IMG/VR virus record: IMGVR_UViG_3300036985_002638
Coordinates: 1 to 64,000 of that record
Origin: a virus
Length of the DNA: 64,000 nt
Direction: 5' to 3' (one strand)
Shown here: piece by piece, positions 37,243-45,251 of the stretch
How positions within the stretch are numbered: position 1 is the first letter of the stretch
How the letters are laid out: the number at the start of each line of letters is the position of its first letter
Translations under genes and position numbers: made by a program
The notes under the pieces: generated by a model
Database searches by the model: none
Seen by the model: only the letters and a program-made list of their open reading frames with translations
What the model was told of the DNA's origin: nothing

Positions 37243-37803
37243 TTATCTTAATAATTTAATGTGAACTCCTGGATTATTTTTATCGTATTGATATGGTTTA
37301 AAAGAAGGGATTAGAAAGTCTGCTGAATCATCTTCTATCCAATTATTTTCAGTGAATAAATCTTCGCAAGTTTGCGATGCATTACAATAATCGAACCTAT
37401 GCTTACTTCCCCTTACAAATGTAAACTCAACTCTAAATGGAGGTTTTAATCCGTAATGTTCAATAGCTTTTCTAAACTCTATTCCAAATATATTGTATTG
37501 CATAGCTGTAACCTTCTTATATTCTGAGTGACCTTTGCTTGGTAAACTAATCTGCTTGCCATTTCTAACAAAGTTTATTCTACTATTCTTTTTAGAAGGA
37601 ACGTTGTAAGTAATAAACCACTCTGTATTTATTTTATGCTCAAAATCAGGGCTGTCATTTACTTTTAACTTAGGTATAATATCAAGCATTTCAAACTCTT
37701 TAAATTCTTTTGGAGTATGCTTTTTACTATAAGTACCATCTTCATTACGAGTTAATCCCATAGCTTCTAATCTCTCTATTGTAAACCCTGTTTTCTTAGC
37801 CAT
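37243..37803 (-). CDS. RusA-like Holliday junction resolvase
   Basis: NVPSKKN, RFDYCN....EDL......IEDDS, DKNNPGV.I motifs. Confidence 0.7.
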   Translation of the reverse strand: MAKKTGFTIERLEAMGLTRNEDGTYSKKHTPKEFKEFEMLDIIPKLKVNDSPDFEHKINTEWFITYNVPSKKNSRINFVRNGKQISLPSKGHSEYKKVTAMQYNIFGIEFRKAIEHYGLKPPFRVEFTFVRGSKHRFDYCNASQTCEDLFTENNWIEDDSADFLIPSFKPYQYDKNNPGVHIKLLR

Positions 37804-38114
37804 TATCCAAATATTAATTTAAGTTTTTTAAGAGCCTCTGCTTCATCAAATTTAGGAGAAGTAATAAGTAATTGGGTATTAATACCATATCTTACTGCTA
37901 ACCATATAATCTGAGCTTCACTTAGTGTATTCTTTTGAGGCTTATCACTAAAGTATCTTGATAACTGCTCTGGAGCTATCTTGAATCGTCTTTCAGAAGC
38001 ATCTAACACAACCGCCGAGTTCTTAAATCCAAATCCTACATTGGACGGATAAAGCTCTTTCAGCCTGTCGTGGATATGCTTCTTTAAGACTTTACTATCC
38101 TTTACTAATGACAT
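37803..38114 (-). CDS. Hypothetical protein, possible HTH
   Basis: 103 aa; IAPEQLSRYFS helix pattern. Confidence 0.4.
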   Translation of the reverse strand: MSLVKDSKVLKKHIHDRLKELYPSNVGFGFKNSAVVLDASERRFKIAPEQLSRYFSDKPQKNTLSEAQIIWLAVRYGINTQLLITSPKFDEAEALKKLKLIFG

Positions 38115-38358
38115 CTAAGTATTCATCTATGTTGTTAATAGCTATATCTAATTGTTTCTCTAGTAAATCATTTGTAGTTTTAGGAAAAGTGAGTCTTCCG
38201 ATTTCTGATTTAGTTTTACGATCAACAAATGTTTGGAGGTTAAAAAATTCTCCATCAGCGTTTCTACCTATTGGTTCTTTGAAAGTATCAATAGTAACAA
38301 TGATGTTTCTTCCGTCTTTTGTTTTTGCTTCTTTAGCGATTGATGCTGTTGGTTTCAT
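38095..38358 (-). CDS. Hypothetical protein
   Basis: 87 aa in operon. Confidence 0.5.
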   Translation of the reverse strand: MKPTASIAKEAKTKDGRNIIVTIDTFKEPIGRNADGEFFNLQTFVDRKTKSEIGRLTFPKTTNDLLEKQLDIAINNIDEYLDVISKG

Positions 38359-38366
38359 GTTTATAT

Positions 38367-38834
38367 TTATTTATTAATTACTATTTCTCTGTAATATTTA
38401 TCTGTATAAGACTCGGGAGATAATACTATTACTCCTTCTTGAGCCACAAAATTGAGGACGTTGTCTATGAACTCCGATGTTTCTTTCTTATTCAACTCTG
38501 TTAAACTCTTTACCATGTGCTTGTCGTATTTCTTTTTACCTACTACTACTCTTATTTGGTAAGCTAAAAACATAGGTTGAAACACTTGCTTATGTAATTC
38601 CTCTACATTACTGTAACCTTGGAATGACTCGTGTTGTAAGCAAGTTCTAAGTATTCCTCCCCAATAGTAAGAGAATTGAGATACACTAGGGCGTTTGTGA
38701 CGTTCTTTAATTACAAGTTCTATTTCTTTACCTGCAAGAGCATCACGTTGTTCATCCCATAAATCTTTATGGTAAAATACTATATTTCCGTTATCTAAGC
38801 ATCTGCCGAAGTGGCGCACAATTACATCTGCCAT
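38367..38834 (-). CDS. NinB/DUF1367-like recombination protein
   Basis: RPSVSQFSYYWG...LH......SLTELNKKE.SEFID.V pattern. Confidence 0.55.
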   Translation of the reverse strand: MADVIVRHFGRCLDNGNIVFYHKDLWDEQRDALAGKEIELVIKERHKRPSVSQFSYYWGGILRTCLQHESFQGYSNVEELHKQVFQPMFLAYQIRVVVGKKKYDKHMVKSLTELNKKETSEFIDNVLNFVAQEGVIVLSPESYTDKYYREIVINK

Positions 38835-38849
38835 TTATTGTTTTTGTTT

Positions 38850-38926
38850 TGGTACACATACAGGACTCGAACCTGTGACCTCTTGGGATTATTGCCAAGC
38901 CTCTATCCAACTGAGTTAATGTGTAC
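38850..38926 (-). tRNA. Atypical tRNA / tRNA pseudogene, anticodon undetermined
   Basis: Minus strand GTACACAT-TA-ACTCAGTTGGATAGAG-G-CTTGG-CAATAATC-CCAAG-AGGTC-ACAGG-TTCGAGT-CCTGT-ATGTGTAC-CA; intact T-arm and acceptor stem, 8-nt anticodon loop. Confidence 0.7.
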
Positions 38927-38939
38927 TGTTAATTGTTAA

Positions 38940-39698
38940 TTAGAACATATCTCCTTCTTCATCTCCTGGATTAAAGATAATCTCCTTCTCTTCTTCCTCC
39001 ATTTTAACTTCTGATTTAGGAGCTGATTTAGATTTAGAGTTTAAGCCATTATCTTGATTAGAATCCACAACTTCACCTGCCGCTACTGTAGAAGCGTTTT
39101 TAGCTAAATATGCAGTTAAGTACTCTTGTAACTCTCTATCTAATTCTATTGCCGCGTTATTAGCTTCATCAGATACTTTTAAAACTTCATACACTGGTTC
39201 AAAATACTTAGTAGCGCCCTTCTTCATTGGATTAGCTTTCTTAACCGAAACTCCAATCTTACTCATCTTCTTTCCTTTGCAGAACTCAATGTATGGTCCT
39301 AATGCAGAACCTTTTAATTGTAAGTTAGCTAATACATAATTCTTACCTTCTTTAATAGCTACATATACAGATTGAACGTAATCAAGTCCGCGAGATGATA
39401 ACTTCTCTTTTACGTTTTCGTATAAGCCTGTCATAACTACTCCGTTCTTTGTACGAACTGTTAGCATATCAGTTTTAGTGTTACGGATTTCATTTGAATA
39501 GAATCCTAATCCTGCCTTCTCATCATAACCTTTAGTTGTAGATAATTGATCTAACGGCAGAAAGTAGAAAGGTAATTCAATGAATACATTTTCTTTCTTT
39601 TCTTTATCGTAGTACTTAAATTTTCCTTCCGAACCACTCCATTCGATAAATTTTGAAGCTGGGTTTACGGCGTTGTCTGTTGGATTACTTCTTGACAT
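38940..39698 (-). CDS. Putative single-stranded DNA-binding / recombination protein
   Basis: 252 aa; beta-rich N-domain and acidic C-tail ending DEEGDMF. Confidence 0.55.
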   Translation of the reverse strand: MSRSNPTDNAVNPASKFIEWSGSEGKFKYYDKEKKENVFIELPFYFLPLDQLSTTKGYDEKAGLGFYSNEIRNTKTDMLTVRTKNGVVMTGLYENVKEKLSSRGLDYVQSVYVAIKEGKNYVLANLQLKGSALGPYIEFCKGKKMSKIGVSVKKANPMKKGATKYFEPVYEVLKVSDEANNAAIELDRELQEYLTAYLAKNASTVAAGEVVDSNQDNGLNSKSKSAPKSEVKMEEEEKEIIFNPGDEEGDMF

Positions 39699-39782
39699 TT
39701 GTTTTTGTTTTTATGGTTTATATTATTTATACGTTTAATTTTGATATAAAGTTACATCTTTTGATTAAAATATGCAAGAGAT

Positions 39783-40049
39783 TTAAAATAATAATGCTTT
39801 ATCCGTGTATAGGTTAACTCTATTCATATTCTTCTTGTGGTACTTTCTGATAGCTATTTTACGTTCACTTACTGCATTACCGTGGGTGTGGATAGTTCCT
39901 AACTTATTAATGGTTAGTTTGAATGTTTCTGCTTTAGAAAACATGATATTCATCGCGCCGATGTGTCGCATGATAACACACTTTATCTGCTCTTCCGTGT
40001 ACTCAGGATGCTTTTCTTTTAGTTTATGTAGTAGTTGAGCGTTTAGCAT
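39783..40049 (-). CDS. HU/IHF-like small DNA-binding protein
   Basis: LL..L.EKHP..TEEQI..VI...I..M.......E...L.I.KLG.I resembles the IHF/HU N-terminal fold. Confidence 0.45.
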   Translation of the reverse strand: MLNAQLLHKLKEKHPEYTEEQIKCVIMRHIGAMNIMFSKAETFKLTINKLGTIHTHGNAVSERKIAIRKYHKKNMNRVNLYTDKALLF

Positions 40050-40672
40050 TACACGGTTACTTTTAAATCTTTGTAATACTTAATACCATTTACTACCTTA
40101 CCATCTTCTAATGAGTCAGAATTAGCTTTTAGATACTCTTTTACTTTACTTTCATCTACCATTAAGAACTCTTTAGGAACTGAGTTAATATCTACTACTT
40201 CAAATGTCCAAGGCCTTCTTACTTTAGATATTACTTCTATTTCAATAGGAGCTTCTTCAAACACTGGCTCAATACCAATTTCTGCCATAGCAGCTAACTC
40301 TTCTTCTTTAGCTTTTCTTTCAGCGTCTTTTAATCTAATCCAAGCTATCTTTTCATTTTTAAGATGCTTTAATGCTTCTTCTGAAGACTCAGATACATAA
40401 GCCGCCGCCGAGTCAATAGCTTTACCTTTCTCAAAATAAGGTTTCTTTTCTGCTACTCTAACAGACTCTACTGCCTTAATAAGTTCATTCACTTTACCCA
40501 TTTGGTTCTCACAGACTGCTAAACTATTCTCATCAGTTACTTTGATTTGCAGGCAGGTTTCCGCCGCTTTGTCGAGTTGTAATTTTACATTCTCAAATTT
40601 AAGAAGAGATGACTTTAACTCAGGAGTTTGTACTATCAATTCTTGTAGTGTTACTTTTTCTTTCTTTGCCAT
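40049..40672 (-). CDS. Conserved coiled-coil phage protein
   Basis: 207 aa; C-terminal RRPWTFEVVD...VPKEFLMVDE.KV....GIK.Y. Confidence 0.6.
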   Translation of the reverse strand: MAKKEKVTLQELIVQTPELKSSLLKFENVKLQLDKAAETCLQIKVTDENSLAVCENQMGKVNELIKAVESVRVAEKKPYFEKGKAIDSAAAYVSESSEEALKHLKNEKIAWIRLKDAERKAKEEELAAMAEIGIEPVFEEAPIEIEVISKVRRPWTFEVVDINSVPKEFLMVDESKVKEYLKANSDSLEDGKVVNGIKYYKDLKVTV

Positions 40673-40675
40673 GGT

Positions 40676-41014
40676 TTATTTTTTTAGTGATTTTAAAAAC
40701 GAAGTTAATTCTTTAGCCAACAAGGCATTATTATATTGTGATGATTCTATTTGATATAAAGCACTCCTTAATCCTCTTTTAGTTTGAGTCTCAAGACTTG
40801 TGCCTTCTCCTTTTAGGCAGATAAATCTATCCCAAGGTATCTTCACTTCTTTTCTTTTCTTCATAACTACAAAGTGATCTATTTTAACATCTAAAACAGT
40901 AAAACAACCGTCCATTTCAGATATATGAACTTGACTTCCTGGGATACAAGGTTTTTTGTTTTTAACCAAAACTCCAGAACTGTAATAATACCATGGATTA
41001 TAATATGTACTCAT
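40676..41014 (-). CDS. Hypothetical protein
   Basis: 112 aa preceded by the promoter motif at 41033-41061. Confidence 0.55.
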   Translation of the reverse strand: MSTYYNPWYYYSSGVLVKNKKPCIPGSQVHISEMDGCFTVLDVKIDHFVVMKKRKEVKIPWDRFICLKGEGTSLETQTKRGLRSALYQIESSQYNNALLAKELTSFLKSLKK

Positions 41015-41090
41015 AATTTCTAATTTTAATAGTTAAACGTATAAAAATAAATAAGGTTACAAAAAATTGAATAAATAATCAAATTATTTT

Positions 41091-41510
41091 TTATTCTTCT
41101 CTATTAAGCCTAAATTTATGGTATTGAGCATCTAATTTAGGAATAGGTATTTCATCAGGAAACACTCTTTTATCAGCATCAGCTTTAATATTAAGCCATA
41201 TCTCAGCCATCTTACATTTACAGTAGTCTTGGTATATCTTCTTATGCTTATCTTTATCTTTAATACTTCTATCTTGGATGACTAAGTAGTCTGCTTTACA
41301 ATTCTCTAATACTTCTTTCTTGATATTTTCATCAATAGTCATATCATTACCTGCCCATTTAAGTAAATCGTATAGCATAGCTCCTGAGTGTGTGTTTGTT
41401 ATTATTCCACAACCTTCATTATCGTAAAGGTTATAGAACTCTTTTAGGCATATAGCGGATAAAGCTAATCCTATTGGGGATTTAAAATCTACTTTAGAAC
41501 TCGTCTCCAC
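41091..41510 (-). CDS. Hypothetical protein
   Basis: 139 aa overlapping the end of dnaB. Confidence 0.5.
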   Translation of the reverse strand: METSSKVDFKSPIGLALSAICLKEFYNLYDNEGCGIITNTHSGAMLYDLLKWAGNDMTIDENIKKEVLENCKADYLVIQDRSIKDKDKHKKIYQDYCKCKMAEIWLNIKADADKRVFPDEIPIPKLDAQYHKFRLNREE

Positions 41511-42870
41511 TTGCGCCTCCTTTTATTATATCGTTTGAATCAGGAGCATAGTCTTTGAATGCCGAGTATTTACCCTCAAATCTTACATAAACCTTTCCCG
41601 TGCTTCCGTATCTGTTTTTAGCTACGTTAATTTCACACAGTCCACGCAAATCCATTCCTGTTTTTGGATCTGTTGCATCAGAATTATAGTAATCAGCCCT
41701 GTAAAGTAACCAAATTTGTACAGCGTTGGCCTCTATTGCTCCCGAGTCTTTCAAATCAGACATTAAAGGATATGGCGGATTTCTCTTCTCTACATCTCTT
41801 GACAACTGAGATAATTCAATCATGCAACAATTTTCAGTTTTAGAAGTTTCAAGTAACCCATTACATCTATCTCCAACTTGTTCTTCTTTAGATTTTCCAA
41901 CCGTCTCTTCTTTGGTATTCTTCATTAACTGTAAATAATCAATCATTACAGTCATAAGTGTACTTAATGGAATGCCTAGTTGTTTACGAACCTTTCTTAT
42001 CTTAGTTCTCATATATTGCCAAGTAATTCCAGGAGTGTCATCAATAACTAGGTTTCTCTTAATCTTATCTCTTAGTTTTTTAATCCTTACTAAATCTTCA
42101 TCAGATACATTTCCGCTTCTAATCTGCCAACTATTAATCTCTAGGCAGTTAGCCCAAATGTTTTTCATTAATTGTTTTGCGGGCATCTCTAAAGAAAATA
42201 TAATTAACGGCTCTCCTTTATCAACAGCTATATGTTTAGTTATGTTAATAATTAAGCTAGTCTTTCCCATCCCTGGCCTTGCTCCAACAACAATAACTTC
42301 CTGCTTTGCTCCCGATGTAATTTTATTCAAGTCTTTTATACCATAAGAGTGTCCGATTGTTTCCGATTTACTATTCTGAGCTTCCATTAACTCTTCAAAA
42401 GCTTCATCAAAAATATCTTCAACGTGTCTTTCTACTGATAGATTGTTCTTAATGCTTTCAATATCCGACACTATTGACTTTAAATCTTCAATAGAACTAT
42501 TTACATCAGTTATCTCATTACTAAGCTCTGAGTGAACGCTATGAAGTATAGGTAGCATTTTTCTCTTAGTGTACTCATCGAATATATCATTTACATACTC
42601 TGATACGTTTTTAGCAATAGCATAATTTGGTTCCGACACTTCCAATCCAATCTCTTTCTTGTTACAGCCAGACTTAATTAACATATTAGAAAGTAGATAA
42701 ACGTCAGACTTTCTACCTTTATCGTGGTTATGTTTTATAATTTTATACTTAACCTTGTTAAAATTTGTGGACCACAATTCATCAAATATCAAATGGTGAC
42801 ATGACTCGAATAAATTTTCATTATCTGCATATAAATTTAGTACCGCTCTTTCTTTCTCTTTTAATGTCAT
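41494..42870 (-). CDS. dnaB: Replicative DNA helicase, DnaB family
   Basis: GARPGMGKT, FSLEM, IDYLQLM, LSQLSRDVEKR, DLKDSGAIE, VAKNRYG. Confidence 0.95.
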   Translation of the reverse strand: MTLKEKERAVLNLYADNENLFESCHHLIFDELWSTNFNKVKYKIIKHNHDKGRKSDVYLLSNMLIKSGCNKKEIGLEVSEPNYAIAKNVSEYVNDIFDEYTKRKMLPILHSVHSELSNEITDVNSSIEDLKSIVSDIESIKNNLSVERHVEDIFDEAFEELMEAQNSKSETIGHSYGIKDLNKITSGAKQEVIVVGARPGMGKTSLIINITKHIAVDKGEPLIIFSLEMPAKQLMKNIWANCLEINSWQIRSGNVSDEDLVRIKKLRDKIKRNLVIDDTPGITWQYMRTKIRKVRKQLGIPLSTLMTVMIDYLQLMKNTKEETVGKSKEEQVGDRCNGLLETSKTENCCMIELSQLSRDVEKRNPPYPLMSDLKDSGAIEANAVQIWLLYRADYYNSDATDPKTGMDLRGLCEINVAKNRYGSTGKVYVRFEGKYSAFKDYAPDSNDIIKGGASGDEF

Positions 42871-42872
42871 AG

Positions 42873-43250
42873 TTAACTTCTAAAAAATGATGATGTTTGC
42901 TCCACTTTTTCTTGTATTTTATTCTTATCAACAAACCAAACCGATAAAGCTTTCCCTTTCCAATTAAGAACAGGTGAACCATTAGCTCCTTTCCATTCCA
43001 TAGTAGAATAGTATTCAAAAAACTTATTCGCGGATTCTAAGGTATATCCTTTTGATTTAAAGTATTCTCTTACGTCTTCTACTCTTGGAGCAGGAGCAGG
43101 TTTCTTCTTTTCTTTCTTAGGTTTACTAAAATACTCTTTAATAGCTTCGTGGGTAGTCTTAGAATACTTTTGTTGTTTCTTAGTTCTATCCGCCAAAGTG
43201 AAATTGTAAATAAATATTTCTCCTTCTTGTGTTACTTCTAGTTTTGTCAT
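42873..43250 (-). CDS. Replication initiator/helicase-loader-like protein
   Basis: PRVEDVREYF.......ANKFFEYY....WK...G.PV.NWK resembles C-termini of phage replisome organisers; adjacent to dnaB. Confidence 0.55.
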   Translation of the reverse strand: MTKLEVTQEGEIFIYNFTLADRTKKQQKYSKTTHEAIKEYFSKPKKEKKKPAPAPRVEDVREYFKSKGYTLESANKFFEYYSTMEWKGANGSPVLNWKGKALSVWFVDKNKIQEKVEQTSSFFRS

Positions 43251-43269
43251 TTTTTAATTCAAGTTTGAG

Positions 43270-43551
43270 TTATAAATTAAATACTTTATCTAAATTGATT
43301 TGTTGATACCATTGCAAATAACTTACATCAACTTTTTTAGGCTCGTTAATCAATAACTGACTAGCTTTACTTTTACTTAAATGCTTTCTGTTAATTATCC
43401 AAGCATTAGCCGATTCATTAAAGTTAACGAGTGTAGGAACATTTGTGATATTAAATAACAACTTTTTTCTAAATGCTAGTATCTGATTTTCAAATATTAG
43501 GTAGTTAGAGTAGGTTATAAAATAATCGTTGTTTGGTTTTGCTTCGTTCAT
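43270..43551 (-). CDS. 93-aa hypothetical protein at the intI position of the cassette array
   Basis: Starts 40 bp from the first GTTAG crossover and points away from the array; no tyrosine-recombinase motifs. Confidence 0.6.
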   Translation of the reverse strand: MNEAKPNNDYFITYSNYLIFENQILAFRKKLLFNITNVPTLVNFNESANAWIINRKHLSKSKASQLLINEPKKVDVSYLQWYQQINLDKVFNL

Positions 43552-43597
43552 TATCAGTTAGTTAAGGTGGTTGATTGCGTGTAGCGAGTAGTTAGCA
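43552..43597 (+). other. attI-like site (array-proximal crossover G/TTAGCA without a preceding hairpin)
   Basis: GTTAGCAG at 43591 opens cassette 1; no TAAC arm or inverted repeat upstream. Confidence 0.5.
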
Positions 43598-43626
43598 GTA
43601 ATAAAACTCCCACGCTCCTGTGCGTA

Positions 43627-43887
43627 TCAACCAGCGTTAAAAGAGCCTAATATTACGCCTCTTACTTGTTCCTCATTTGCTATCCCTATTTCTTTACAAA
43701 ATATAGATGTTTCTTTTAAAGCCCAATCACTCCATTTGCTATTAGGTTCTTTGTAAACCCTACCGTCAGGATGTATTGTTTTAGCATCAGTTTCATTTTC
43801 AGCGCAAACGATACATGAGTCATAAGTATCATAATCGTTGTTGTCATTTTGGGTTAATAAGTATATTTTCATTTTAATTATTTTCAT
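43627..43887 (-). CDS. Cassette 1 ORF, hypothetical protein
   Basis: 86 aa; YDTYDSCIVCAENE.DA..IHP...GVILGSFNAG phage-type small protein. Confidence 0.7.
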   Translation of the reverse strand: MKIIKMKIYLLTQNDNNDYDTYDSCIVCAENETDAKTIHPDGRVYKEPNSKWSDWALKETSIFCKEIGIANEEQVRGVILGSFNAG

Positions 43888-43934
43888 TTTAAGTTTTATG
43901 TTTTACATTTCAAATTGCTATTCTGTTTTACTAC

Positions 43935-44010
43935 TGCTAACAGCACCTAATAAACAGGCGGACATCAACTATATTTATACCGCCCGTCCATTAGCTGCAA
44001 AACGTTAGTT
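43935..44010 (+). repeat. attC-like site 1
   Basis: TGCTAAC-AGCAC-CTAATAAACAGGCGG...CCGCCCGTCCATTAG-CTGCAAAAC-GTTAGTT. Confidence 0.8.
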
Positions 44011-44059
44011 TCAATAAAATAAACCATTGATGTTTACTTTTCTGATGTTAATATAAGCG

Positions 44060-44365
44060 CTACTTACCGTACTTTTCCTTTAATCTTTCTAATTGCTCCA
44101 ATTCCCTTCTTTTAATTTCTTCATTTCTTTTGTTGGTTTCAGCTATTCTAAAACTAAACTCTTCGTCTGTTTCTAATCTTTGATTAAAAGCAGTAATTGA
44201 AACATACGCATTTCCATAATCATCATAAGCTTCTATGTCAATATAATTAGCTCCTAATTTTTCAAGTTCATTAATATCTTCTTTTAATTTGCTTATTTCA
44301 ATTCCATAAGTCCAGTTAACTGAGTAATTAACTTCAAATTTTCTTAATTGTTTTTCCTTATTCAT
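44060..44365 (-). CDS. Cassette 2 ORF, hypothetical protein
   Basis: 101 aa; RLETDEE...ELEQLERLKEKY phage-type protein. Confidence 0.7.
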   Translation of the reverse strand: MNKEKQLRKFEVNYSVNWTYGIEISKLKEDINELEKLGANYIDIEAYDDYGNAYVSITAFNQRLETDEEFSFRIAETNKRNEEIKRRELEQLERLKEKYGK

Positions 44366-44399
44366 ATTTTTTTATTTTAATTTGGTTTATTTTACTGTA

Positions 44400-44486
44400 A
44401 ACTAACACAACCTAACAAACATTTGAGCGTTACTGCTAATATGTATCAGTTGGTCTACAAACGTCTGTTAGCCCCGTCCGTTAGTA
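44400..44486 (+). repeat. attC-like site 2
   Basis: AACTAAC-ACAAC-CTAACAAACATTTG...CAAACGTCTGTTAG-CCCCGTCC-GTTAGTA. Confidence 0.8.
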
Positions 44487-44503
44487 CCAATAGCCTTTGA
44501 TGT

Positions 44504-44851
44504 TTACGCTTCGGTTGTTGATATAGGTGGATTTGGTAATCGCATCCAATGTGTTACTGTTCCAAGTAAATTATGATTTGTATCAGATTTAAACTTATTA
44601 TCTTGTAAAAACCAAACTCCCTGATAAACACATTGGTTGAATTTTGGAGCATCGGCATTAAATAATAATACAAATTCAACTCTTTCCGTTGGTAATTTAT
44701 CTTTTACATTAAACCATTTATTTTTTTGGTTTGAGTATTCAACTATTAAAGCATCAATACACTTTAATACAGTTTCTTTTGGATGAACTAATGGAAAGTT
44801 GTAATAAGCAACTTCTACTATTTTTTCAGCGTATTGTTTTGAATCTATCAT
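44504..44851 (-). CDS. Cassette 3 ORF, DUF551-like protein
   Basis: KWFNVKDKLP...VTHWMRLPNPP. Confidence 0.75.
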   Translation of the reverse strand: MIDSKQYAEKIVEVAYYNFPLVHPKETVLKCIDALIVEYSNQKNKWFNVKDKLPTERVEFVLLFNADAPKFNQCVYQGVWFLQDNKFKSDTNHNLLGTVTHWMRLPNPPISTTEA

Positions 44852-44891
44852 AATTGTATGTATTTGTTTTTAAATTTAATTTGGCTACTGG

Positions 44892-44946
44892 TACTAACAG
44901 CACCTAATAAACAGCAAGCCGATTTATTAGCTGCAAAACGTTAATA
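44892..44946 (+). repeat. attC-like site 3 (minimal, 55 bp)
   Basis: TACTAAC-AGCAC-CTAATAAA-cagcaagccga-TTTATTAG-CTGCAAAAC-GTTAATA; outer arms identical to site 1. Confidence 0.8.
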
Positions 44947-44951
44947 TATAC

Positions 44952-44980
44952 TTAAACGTATATAAAAATAAAAGGTTACG
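44952..44980 (-). promoter_or_regulatory. ECF-type promoter firing into the cassette array from its distal end
   Basis: Minus strand CGTAACC-15 nt-CGTTTAA, directly beyond attC-like site 3. Confidence 0.65.
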
Positions 44981-45001
44981 TTTATTTGTAAATATTTAAA
45001 A

Positions 45002-45247
45002 TTATAAATGAGTGTCAAGCAATTTAAGCATTTCTAGCCAATTCTCTTTAGTTTTAAAATAGATTTCCATCGTGGACGCACCAGCTTTTTCTCTTAGTAA
45101 GTAAATATCTAATCCATAGAGTGAAGTATCGTCTTTGTAGGCGTAATAGCCCGCGAAATCAATCTGATTAAAAGAAAACATAACATATCCATCTACATAT
45201 ACTTTTACTCTTCCGTTGTAAATTTTAAGTTCGCGTTTATGTTTCAT
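45002..45247 (-). CDS. Hypothetical protein
   Basis: 81 aa ORF. Confidence 0.55.
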   Translation of the reverse strand: MKHKRELKIYNGRVKVYVDGYVMFSFNQIDFAGYYAYKDDTSLYGLDIYLLREKAGASTMEIYFKTKENWLEMLKLLDTHL

Positions 45248-45251
45248 GGTA

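Larger units (their letters stand above)
43591..44946 (+). mobile_element. Integron-like gene-cassette array, three cassettes, no integrase in window
   Basis: Each unit runs GTTAG...single ORF...CTAAC with mutually complementary 16-24-bp ends, separated by attC-like hairpins. Confidence 0.8.

Noticed and set aside
43591-43941. MITE/IS elements with terminal inverted repeats
   Set aside because: No transposase or target-site duplications. The inverted ends abut conserved attC-like arms at a fixed GTT/AAC register.
43591-44946. CRISPR array or simple terminators as an explanation of the repeats
   Set aside because: Units are 400-480 bp and each holds an ORF. Repeats vary in length and loop and lack U-tails, and long-range end complementarity is cassette-specific. 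No cas genes are present.
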